From positions 786,988-850,987 of the forward strand of contig CAJINV010000019.1 in assembly GCA_905178155.1 (NCBI GenBank): a stretch of 64,000 bases of DNA, in the 5' to 3' direction. The translations under genes were made by a program, and so were the position numbers. The stretch is from Amoebophrya sp. A120. Lineage: Eukaryota > Protista > Dinoflagellata. Under the pieces are notes generated by a model. It was not told the origin of the DNA. It saw only the letters and a list, made by a program, of their open reading frames with translations, and ran no database searches. Of this stretch, positions 23,080 through 34,371 are shown piece after piece; the stretch's first letter is position 1, and the number at the start of each line of letters is the position of its first letter.

Positions 23080-25185
23080 TTACTTCTTCATCTTCATCAG
23101 GCTCTTCATGATTTTCCCGGTGTGGGCGGTGATCAGCTTGGCCTCCTTGTTCTTGCCCGGGCCTCCAAGCGCCGCGGCCTTGAACTCGGACAGACTGAGC
23201 GTACCGTCCTTGTTCACGTCGGCCTTCTTGAAGATCGCCTTCAGGTAGTCGATCTCGGACTTTCCCAGCGCCTTCATTGTCTTCATGCTGGTCATCTTGT
23301 CCGCGATCTCCTTCAGCATCTGCGGCTTCGGCGCCACGGGAGCTGGAGCGGCGGCCATCATCTTAGATTTCATCTTCATCGGGGTCGGGGCGGCGTATCG
23401 CAAGGAAAAATCCCCCCTCCCCATATCGCAACGAAATCTCTGATGCTGGATTTGCGTAGACAAATCAGATCTGTCTTGCAGAAAGTGCTTGGCGGTATTT
23501 TCTAAGCCTGCTCGTTGGGTATAATGCAGAAGGCGAGCAATTGTGCATGGCAAACAGGTTTGCAGTAGTCGAATGCGCATGACGGACTTGCTCTGGAAAA
23601 ATGCGTCAAATAGCTCCCCTTGCATTATATGCATGACAAAGGTGACTTGTGGCCACAAATCAGCATCACAAATATCCGCTTTGATATGGGGAGGGGGGAT
23701 TCTTCATTTTGATACGGCCATCATCTTCATCATCGGCGTCGCCTTCATCACCGGGGCGGGCTTCGGCGCTGCCGCCTTCATCATCTTCATCATCTTCGCT
23801 TTCATCGGGGCCGGCTTCGGGGCGGGAGCCATCTTCTTCATCATCATCTTCATCTTCATCGGCTTCGGCGGGGGAGCGACAACCATCTATCCACTGCAAA
23901 TATGTCTGGGTCTGGAAGGTTGGAACTTGGGATGCTAGCTTTCCATACCTCGGAAATCTGTATTGCATAACGAACAAAAGTCGCAGCCTCTTTTGTACAA
24001 GGAAGCAAGCAGCACGCAGTTTCTCATGCGGATTGCCCATGAGAAAGCGTTCTGGAAAGTTGTCATGCTAGATTGCATTCGGAACTGTTTCCATCATCCA
24101 CATTTTAGCATCACAAGTTTCCAGACCCAGACATATTTGCATTTGATACCATCGGGGCAGCCATCATCTTCATGGTCATTTTCATCGGAGTAGGTTTCGG
24201 GGCAACCATCATTGCCTTCTTCATCTTCATGGTCATCTGAAGGTGTTTTTTGTACTAGTTGTGTACCGTGGATGTCGAAGTTGATGTTGATGTGCATGAC
24301 GAAATCGCATCACAAATTTGGTCAGCATGACGAAATGGAATTTGTAATGCGGATTTTCCTTAAGAGAGAGATTTGTAATGCATGGCTGCAATCGAAGTAT
24401 TATCTATACCTTCATGGGCTTCTTCATTTTCATGGCCATGGCCATCTTCTTGCGCATGGGCGGCTTGTAGGGAGCCAGCGCCGCGAAGGCCGCCTTCTCG
24501 TCAATCATTTTGGGAGCCGCCGCCATCATCTTCATCGGACTCGGTGCCTTCACCATCACCGGAGACTTGGCCTTCATCGGGGTCGCAGCCATCATTTTCA
24601 TCTTCATCGGCTTGGGAGTGGCCATCTTCATCTTCATCGGGGGCCGGTAGGCCGGGAGAGCAGCGAACGCAGCAGCCTCGTCGATCTCCGAAAGCTCGTC
24701 CTGGTGTTAAGGTTTGGATTTTCAACATTCCGCTATCTAAAATGCTGGTCTTGGATCTACTTTGCATGAGGTATATTGTGTTGCAGAACAACAATCTAGA
24801 CTTCTTTTCTCTTTCTGTAAATGCAAATGCACGTCTCCTTGTCCTAGTCCTGTCACGCGCTATCGATTGAACCATTATGTGAAGATCAAGGTGAACAAAC
24901 CAAAATCAATACCACAAACTCAATATCTACCGGCTCGTCCGCAATGGAACGGCGGGGAGAGGGGGACTTCCTGGGCGACTTCATCGGCGACTTGGACTTG
25001 GCCATGGGCTTGCGCAGCGACGGCAGGGCCGGCATCTTCGGCAGCTTCGGGAGGCGCACATACTTGGAGAGGCGGAACTTCAGCCACGTCTTCTTCGGGA
25101 CGTACTCCACCGGCTCTTGCGCCTCGTCCGGGTAGACCAAGTTGAAGGTCATGTCGTAGCACCCAAGCTCGTATTTGTCGAACAT
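23080..25185 (-). CDS. Met/Lys/Pro/Ala-rich basic protein with a C-terminal EF-hand; 5 exons
   Basis: In-frame joining across two GT-AG introns and two introners; EF-hand loop DVNKDGTLSLSEF after YLKAIFKKA. Confidence 0.8.
23396..23714. mobile_element. Introner family E (TIR TAT...AATCCCCCCTCCCCATATC)
   Basis: TIRs; direct repeat cggcg/cggcc. Confidence 0.9.
23888..24148. mobile_element. Introner family A
   Basis: TIRs; perfect direct repeat ccatc. Confidence 0.92.
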
Positions 25186-27372
25186 CTTCGATGTGGGGTG
25201 TTTTGGGAAGGTTTCTTAAGCGATTTTTCCTCTTGGAGTGTTCTAGCTGTAAAGCCGCGACGAACAAAACCTCCCGAAGGTGTGATTTGTTCTTGTTTAT
25301 TGTCGAAAAAACGTCTGGTGCTGTTTTGTGGTTTTAGTAGTTGAATAAACAACGTGCGAGTTGCTGCGTTGCAAAGTGGTTTTGCGAGTAGTTAAGAGAT
25401 TGGGGAGATTTTGTGGGAAGCAAACGAATTGCTCGTAGTTTTACTGCTGATTGCAGATTAAATGAGTTGACAATGGGTTTGTAGGGAGATACAAACGGGC
25501 TCACAATGTGGACGGAATAGTGGAGTGGTTTCAAATTCCCAACGATGAACAAGCTAGAGTACGTAGGTGGTAGTACGAGTTTTACGGTTACGCTCTTTGT
25601 GCTGTAGTACGACCTCACGTGAACGAACCGACACCAATATATTATAGTGAACGAGCACCACACGACTACAAGAACGCTCTCAACAGAGGACGACTTGAAA
25701 CAGAGCATCGTGGTCAAGCTATTATTTTGCAATTTCCTCTTCAGCGGTACGAGCGCATCATTTTGCACTTTCGGCATCATCAGGACGAGTTACATTTTTG
25801 CGGTAGTTTAAAATGATGCTGTTCCAAAGTCATTCTACGAGACCGATAACGAGACAACGCCGTACACAACCGACTCATGCTTCTTGTTCGCCCAATTTGG
25901 AACTCTCAACGAACTGCACGACTCCTTTGATGTCTGTTGCCTCTACTTTACCTCGCTCGTCTTGTATCTTCAGAAGTGTCCGACGAGTCGACGAGTTTCT
26001 TATAGCAACATTTGCAACTGACGACGGCGCTTGATGTAATAATCGGCGTTACAGCTGCCGCTGGCGCGCATGTAACTACGAAGAGCGTCAGGAGGCATAG
26101 CCTGGAGGGATTTAAGCTTTCTTCAGCCTTGTTGATGATGTTGCTTCGCACATATACGAGATCGCGCACACGACGTGTGGAATGATGTGGAAGCACCACC
26201 TATGGTGGTAGCAACCGAAACACAAGCAAGCCCACCGCTGCGGCCGGGCCGCTAGTGTCAATGCAGAGCAGCGGGTCCTCCGAAGTGATCAGGGGAGAGG
26301 CCCACGCGCCAACAAAATACACTCACCGGCAGGGCGCCCCGGCCAGCACGGGTAATACAGGGCCGCCGCGCCAAGGCTGTGGCGTGCGGCGCCAGATTAG
26401 AGCCGGCGGAGGGAGAACCAACAGCCTCCCCAAAAGGCTCCTGCGTTTCATCTTGGTTCGCTGGGCACCGCAGGCGCGGCGCCGCTCAGCAAACACAGGC
26501 GGCCAGGCGCCGCAAACTGCCCAGGCGCGGCCAAGATTGGCCCCCGTCCGCGAGCCACCGGCGGGAATCAGGGAGGCAACCGGCAGGGGCTTTGTTGGCT
26601 GCGTAAATGTGCGCCCTGGTTGCTTTTGCGTCGGCTCCACTGAAGCGCAGGCGGCCGAGGGCGCCCGCGTCCACCTTCAGCGCCAATGCTTCGCCACGCT
26701 GCGAGGCTCGTCTGTTGGTGTAGTGGTCAAAAGTGGTGTCCGAACCCCATGAAGCCCTTCACGCCGACCCGCTGGGCTTCCGGCAGGTGCCTGTCCACCG
26801 AAGCCGCCGACTCGCTTTTTTCCGTCAACATCAGCGGCGCGCGAGGCAGCAGCCCGAGACACGTAGCCGCCCCCCACACCACAAACCGCGCCGGTTTTGC
26901 ATCCTGCCTGCGCAAACAAGTGCAGCGGTGGCTCATATCGTGCCCTGTCCGACCGCAAAAACCTACGCGCAGTCACATCAGAGGATGGCAAACGTAAGTA
27001 GTAAAAGCCATTCGAAGTAGTCGTTGTAGTTTACTTACAGGAGCGAAAACTCCCTGCGTCGAGTAGATCAGCTTCACACCACTGCCGGAACGCGTACCAA
27101 CTTCTCACAGCTCGCTGATAGTCTCTCGATGTCAAAACACGAAGAAGAGTGGTCAACAAGGACCGCTCGAGCTCGTCGCGCGTACTACTGATACTACCTC
27201 AGGTTTCACTCAACATTCTGTAGGCAAGAAAGTGCACCAGCAGACTGGCACCCATCGCACGTCGCGCAATAGGTGGTGCGCACTTCAATCGTGTTGCCCG
27301 CGCGGTTCCAACTTGATTTTTTTGTCCTTCATCTTCTTCATTCACAACTTCATCCAGCTTAACTGTCACATC

Positions 27373-30300
27373 TCAGCCATTCGGTCTTTTCAAAAAACTA
27401 CTTCCGTCGTCATCCGGAGACGAAAATGGGTTCGTCTTGTTGCTTTTCTTGGAAATAGGTCTACTGTTCGTGCTATTCGACGAAGAGGAAAAATTCGTCG
27501 GACTTGACGTAGATTTAGTATTGTCAGCACTCGACAGAAACGTCTTTGATACAACAGGAACAGCAGCACCTCCCGTTTTACTTTCACTACTTCCCACACC
27601 ACCTACCAGCGTCCTGCTGCCCAGCGCACCACCCTCTGGCAGTAGTACATCTCGTCCCAGTTCACTATCCACACGATTCGCATCGAAGAACGTCATTTGT
27701 CCACTGGTGTTCATGTTCAACATCTCGGTCTTGCTACTAGTTCGTCCTCTGCTGATAAACTGCTCGAAGTCCTCGTGCAGCAAAGCGGTGGAAGAGGAAG
27801 ACGTCGTGGTAACGTTACTTTCACTGCGCTTTTGATGCTGTTGGGCGGAAAACAAAGTAGACGCTGTCGAGGTGGAGATACTGTCATTTTTCTCGTCAGC
27901 ACTCTTCGCTACACCGGAACTGCTATCGGCAGTTGAAGTTGGAAGAATCTCGCCATAGCCATTTTCCGTCGTGGTCCGGTCGGTGGCAGGGGCATGTTCG
28001 CCGGAAACAACTACTGCGCTTGTCACTGCTTCAAGAACTTCTTCTTCTTCTTGAGTGACCTTTCGTCTTGACGAAGATGATGAATGTACGCCGCGGCCGC
28101 CTGGTGAAGTTGTCGACCGAAGAACGTCTTTTTGCGTTCTTGACGAGAAACCTGCATCGTTCGAAACGGGAACCTTCAATCTCTGTGGATCGCCCGAAGA
28201 AAACAAATCCTCCTCCTCCTCGACCGTCGTGCTTTCCTTCGACACAGTTCGCGCATTGTTTTTAACATCGTCGTCTTCTCGGTGTGCGGCCTTTGATGCT
28301 GCCGCGACTTTGATGCTCGAAGATGATTTTACTTCCCGCACTTCTGCGCTTCCGCTTGTCCTGCTGCTACTAACGCGATGCTTTTGATGGCGGCCTTGTT
28401 TTTTGTCACTTCTACTACGATTTCTACTTTTCGCGATGATCGCATCTTCCGCCGATGATGATGAAGTTGCAACTACCCGCTCATCTACTTGTTCCCTCAC
28501 AGTCGGCGACGAAGTCGCGTATTCATCGGACAAGACATCCGCGCCGCCGTGGTCTTCCTCGCTCTGTTTGTGGTCTGGTAACTGCTTGAAGTCGCGTTGC
28601 TGTGGTCTAGTACCAGCATCAGAAATAGCTAGATTGTGCTTCACCTGTCCTCGACGACTGTCTTCATTCTCCCCCTCCTCCCAATAAAATTCTTCCTCCT
28701 CACCAACATCCGCCAGAAATTCCGGGTTCTCCTTCACAAACAAAGGTGTGGCGCTGGCCAGCCCGGCGTAGCGGTGGTTCTGATTTTTTTGGCGAAAAAA
28801 TGTGACACCAATCGCAATTATGGCAATCAAAGACGCTGATCAATACAATTCAATTTCTTGCAAAAATGAATCATGCCACGCAAGGAAACCTGCATCTGCA
28901 TGCGCGGGAAAAAAATTTTCTCGCTTCATTTTTATTTCTAAGAATACCGAATGTCCTCCCAGCACGTGCCACCGGATTCTCCTCGCACTTCGTTCCACCC
29001 AACTGGGCACCAGCATGGATTCGGGCGAGACAAACACATACAGCACCACCACGCTCCAGTACAGCAGAGAGGTGAACAACACCACCGCGAAGGGGACAAA
29101 TCCCAGCCAGCGCCACAGCGAAAACGAGTCGTACCACTCCTGGGTGAGGTAAAAATCCTCGCTTGTGCGGGAGATGAGTTCCATCTGTGCCTCCACGTGG
29201 GTCGGCATCTCCGACGGGTTGGTGATGAGGTACTGGAGATAATCGAGGTCAATGTCCGGCCGCCGGAGGATCTCGCGGGGAATGTCCAGGAGCGGCGAAA
29301 GTTCGACGGAAAGGTCTTGAATCACCATGGTACGGCTGATAGTGATACACAAATTCATTTGATAGAAATATGTCGTGTCTCAAGTACGCAAAAGATACGG
29401 CGGCTTTATTACCGCCAAAAGCAAAGCAAGAAAAGCGTGCTGCTTCATTCATAGCGTTCATAGTTAGGTACATCACGACAAAAAAATCCGAAAGTGCTTT
29501 GTACACAGCAAACATCCCTGGCACGACGAACACCGGTAGCAAAAAGCACAGCATCGCGACGTCACCGAACACCGTGTTCGCCGGTTGAAAGAGCCAGATG
29601 CCCCAGATGACGGTGAAGCCCAGCATGGGGATGAGGAGAAACGGCGTGACGATCGCGGAAAAAAACTGGTGCAGCGACGCGTGTTTGGTCGCCACATCGC
29701 AGAGTAGGTTTTTGTCCAGGAACAGATTGGAAATCGCCTGGTGGACGAGGTTAGTTATTGTTTCTTATTCTTGGGCGACGAAATTTTTCTTGGAGGTATT
29801 TTTAATCTTGTGATGAACATGAATGCAAAAGCAAATGCATCTAATTCTGAGTCTGCATCAGAAAATGTATCTGTCATTCTCCTTCCGCTCCACCCGCATC
29901 AACATTCTATATGTAGTTGTTGAATCTGAATACCGCGTCCCTCTGCGCTGGCAAACTGCTACAGGCCCAAGAGATGAAGTCCCGAAAGTTCGCGCGTCCG
30001 TGAATGTACTGAAACCAGTTGCACAGAACTCGGTAGTATCTCTCGTTCATCTGACCTTCCAACATCACCTCCGCGTTGTTGTAGTCGTAGTTATCTTCGA
30101 GCATCGCTTTCTGTTCCTCTTGTAATAATTCATCGCTGTTTCTTGCCGGTGCTGCGCCAGTAGTTCCTGCTCTTCCGGTTCGCCCAATAGTACTAGCTGC
30201 CGGGTTCTTGTAGTTCCATCGCACAGAGGATGATGACCCGCCTGCGCTGCACTGCAAATTTGTGTCGACGTAAAACAAACTGGACCGGATTTCCAGCGAT

Positions 30301-31449
30301 TTGAACGGTCTCGTTACGGCTGGCGAATCGGAAATCACCAACCCCGTCGCCCATTTCGTGGTCAACAGCAGGTACCCGAGAAGCGCGAAGTAAAAAACGG
30401 ACAAAAGGAGAAGAAACCGCAGCGCGGATTCCCTGCGCGTGTAGAAAACGGACCAGCGCTTACTGTCGTACCACCACTTCAACTTCTCCTCCAGCTGCTT
30501 TTCCTGCTTCTTGTTCAGATAATCGTCGATTCTGTACAGAGTTCTGGATGACGAAGTAGGTGGCCGTGCTGTGACGAGCTGCAGATCATACTGATACAGA
30601 TGGCCAGTAGTAGTTGTACTAGTGCTTGAAGTTCTACTTGAACTTGTCATGCTCTGCAGCATCTCATGCGTCCCGGTACGTAACGCTGGCTGCGCTACGA
30701 GTTGCTTCGACGAGGTTTTTGCTAGGATGGTGGTTCGACCACGTCCGGAAGGTAAAGACGAAACTGTGTTTGTTTGCGCACTCCCGATAGTCGTTTTCGA
30801 ATCTCCAGGTCCACCTCCTGTGTAGTTATAAACCGGTGTTGCATCTTCAGGGGCGTAGGTAAGTTCCTCAAGATGAACATCTTTGTTCGTGTTGTGATCT
30901 TATAACAGGAAAAAGTGTTAACGTTAACGGAACTTGTGATGCAGTAACGCATCAGAAAAAGTGCCCAAATTTGTATTGCATAGCATGCATGAAGGGCAAA
31001 ATTTGTAATGCGTGACTGCCATAATTTGTGAAAACCGTTAACGTCAACACTTTTTTGTTTGATAGATCTTCCGGCGGCAACATCCTCTTCGACATCAGAA
31101 CCTGCGGGGGACGCTGCGAGAAGGTGGGAGTGTATCCTGCGCAAAAGTATCGCACTCGTATTGCAGTCATGCATTACAAATCCTTTTTTTAAGGTAAATC
31201 CGCATTACGAATTTTCTTTCTCATGCTGAGGAAATTTGTAATGCATTTATACGAGTAAGAGACTTTTACAATCCATAGAGTGCTGCTCTGGACAACCTGT
31301 TGTCCTCCTCTTCTACTTCTGCTGCGTGCTGCGTCACCCCGTCGACGGGAAGAGGAGTCGCTGTCTCTCCCACTAGTTGTATTTCCGGTCGTCCTGGACG
31401 TGGTTGTTCGCTGTTGCCCGGTGCGCCGCGGGCGCACGGCATCCGTCAT
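27373..31449 (-). CDS. Hypothetical multi-pass membrane protein with a long Ser-rich tail; last junction uncertain
   Basis: ORFs 31189..31530, 29907..30662, 29249..29695, 28840..29358 and 27373..28830 on one strand; first junctions in frame across introners; several hydrophobic helices. Confidence 0.55.
30901..31064. mobile_element. Introner family G (TIR TAT..A..AAAAAGTGTTrACGTTAACGG)
   Basis: ~30-bp TIRs; perfect direct repeat gatct; removal restores the frame. Confidence 0.88.
31133..31277. mobile_element. Introner family B
   Basis: TIRs; perfect direct repeat gagtg. Confidence 0.9.
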
Positions 31450-34371
31450 GATCCTCGCACCTCCTGCGAATCTTCTCTTGAGCACTGACTGATGAAGCTG
31501 TAAGAACGACTGCCCCGTGGCTAAAATCAATCTGGTGCAATTATTAGAATTTCAAAATCAGGAGTCAAGTGGAGAGCAGCATTGTGCAGGCACGGCATCT
31601 GCATCTCTACTACCGGGTCCTTGCTCAACCGGCTAGAATGAACCTCCTTGAGAAACAAGACAAAGGGCGGGATGAAACAACGATGAACGAAAGACGAGCT
31701 GAATACACATCGCTCGTATACCTCTTCGCCTTCATCACTCAGATGTTATGGACGCGCCGTTTTGTTTTTGCTCAGCTTTGATAAAGTATAGCACAACTCA
31801 AATCGTGGCTACTGTGCAAGTGCATAGTGTCTGCTCATGGCTTTCCTGCGGACGAAGTCTCTCAAATAAAAGGCCAAAAAACGGCTTGGGTTGCTCGCAT
31901 TTCCGTCCAGCTGCCGCTCTTCTCTTTCGATGCACTTGAATCCACGACCTACAGGAACGAAAAAAGTCATTACTTAAGGCCACGGAGGAACACGTGCACA
32001 AGATCTACCCATGCCAGAGTTCTCGGATGAAGGCGGATGTAATTTTTCACATCACCGCCATTTCCTGTTATTTCGCATTTTTTTGCTTGTTAAAAGTCCG
32101 TGACCAACCTACCTCCAAAGTGGAGACGAGGTGTCAGAGTCACGACGATGGAAAATCAAAATAATCGCGCCAAACCATGAGCAAACTTTTGTTGTTTAGG
32201 GGAGAAAATTTTCTAAACCAGCAGCTATAGCTCGTCTTCATCTTGTGTTGTCTTGAGGATGAGTGTGTAGGCCTCGTCCAAGTACGTATTTCCATGCTGT
32301 CAAAAGATTTATTGCAAATGAGAATGGCGTCAAAGTTCATTTTCATTTTCAATCATGTCGTGCACCACACCATTGTGGGTCGTCCTAGCATCCATCTCTT
32401 TACTCACCATTTTCGTTTCCCCGACGACGAGCAGTCGGGGAGCTCCTGCACGTGGTGGTGGCCCGTCGTTGCGTCCCGTCATGACAAAGGAGCAAAAGCT
32501 AGTTCATCTTCCGAGCCGCACTGGTGGTTGTCGCGTTTTTGGTATTATTAAGTAGAAAAGTTGCACGAGGATGTTGAGAAGGAATTATTGAGCAGCATCT
32601 GGTGTAGAGAAACTCTCGCCCTTCACTACGCCGCGGGCTGCGGGTGTCCGGGAAAACACTCTTCCCATTTTTTGTTGCCGTGTTTCTGCTCGTGGTGCAT
32701 CTTGGCCATCTTCAGCTGCGTTGACATGAAACTCTGCAGGCACACCTGGCACTGCAGGGTCATGCATTTTGCGTTGGCGTCGAGCTGCGATTTACCTGGG
32801 TTTTTTTTTTGAGGTGTATAATTTTAATTTCTGCTCGTTTTCATGATCCGTTCCTGCGATTCACAGAAACAGCTACAGTTGCTATAAGCGAATGAGGTGG
32901 ACTGGATGAGCAGGACCTGTTTAATTATTACTACAGAAAAACTGCAGCTATACCATCTTTCGCATATTTTTCTGCCCGCTTGGCGGCGTCTGCTCGTTTT
33001 CTGTTCGCTTCGCATCCGTTAGAGCGGCCCATTTTCGGAGATGCTGTGAGGTAGTGCCGAACTTAAAATCTTCAAAACAAAAAGCAAATCGTAAAACCCC
33101 AGGTGGGCGGTAGTAGTTGCAAAGTTGGTCGTATTTTCTTGGGGGAACAGCTAGCAATTACAGGTTAAAATGAAGTGGTCGCTACTTTTGCAAGAATCTT
33201 CTATCGCGATTGGAAGTACGAGATTTGCACAAAAAGAAAAACTACTATATGATTCGATGGATTTCAAGTGGCTTTTCACGTCTCAAGTCACTGTGGTATG
33301 GGTCAAGTTGAGTCAATGACGTTGACGTCCTTTCGAAAGCAGCTTAAGTTTCATTTATGTATCGTCGAGGCGAACGAAGCGCATGGGTGGATTTGTTCTG
33401 CTTGCTGCGCATGCCAAGAGTTGTTGGGCGTGTTGCGAGGAAGATACTCGGGCTTATGCGGTGCGTCTGTGAGCAGGACGGCGGAGGTGGGCGGCGCGCG
33501 CGCGACGAGCCCCCTCTCCGAATGGATCCTCAACCTCATTCAGCTCAAAGTCAAACAATTATTCTTAGCGAATATACCGATGGATTAGGATCATGTACTT
33601 GCTTCTACTCGTTTCATCCATGTCTCATGGAAGTGATTTCAATTTCTCTCGGAAAAAATGCGCGGTGATTAGCAGCGCAATTTGGATTTGGCGAGTACTA
33701 GACATGACTTCGATCATCTTCGATTCTGTGCGTCATTTTCGATTTTTTTCGATCGGTAATTTGCGCGGAATCAATTCCTGCTGTAACACTTTCTTTCAGT
33801 TTCATCGCCTTCGCCGGCGAAAATACTCCTGCATAATTATTACATTTACATTGCTGTAGCGAGCGTATGATGCTCGCGTAAGCAAAGCATGATTGAATCT
33901 TATTCGTGTATGAGGAGTGCGATGTGAAAATGCACCGAAGCGGAGGTATGCGGTGCGGGTAGTTGTAGTATTGCGACGAGGTTTTACTGAAAAGTCTTGT
34001 TTCTCGTTGTCCTGAACTTGTTTGATGCATGTAGCTCATCTTCGAAGCGTGTAAATATGCCGCACAGAAATTTATTTCTCCACACAGATAATAAACCTCT
34101 ACAACTTCCGCGCACAAACTCCTTGAGCCCGAGCCTCCTTAAACCAAAACGTTGCTGCAGCTGCACATAAGTAGGACTTGTCAAGCTAGGTTCATTCATT
34201 TCCAAACAGATAGACCTTACTGTCTGGCCAAACCATATTGTACATATGAAATAAAGTACAAAAAAAACCACGTGAAGATCATTTTCTACAGACGTCAACA
34301 TCTTCACCCTGCGACCACCACCGGGAAAGAACAAGAAGAACGTAGGACAACATACAATGCTCCTGGATGTC

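Noticed and set aside
23080-24700. Calling the MK-rich gene a DVNP
   Set aside because: The conserved DVNP core is not present; only the composition is similar
31560-34340. Several short ORFs between the membrane-protein and aminotransferase genes
   Set aside because: No coherent exon chain or homology could be supported
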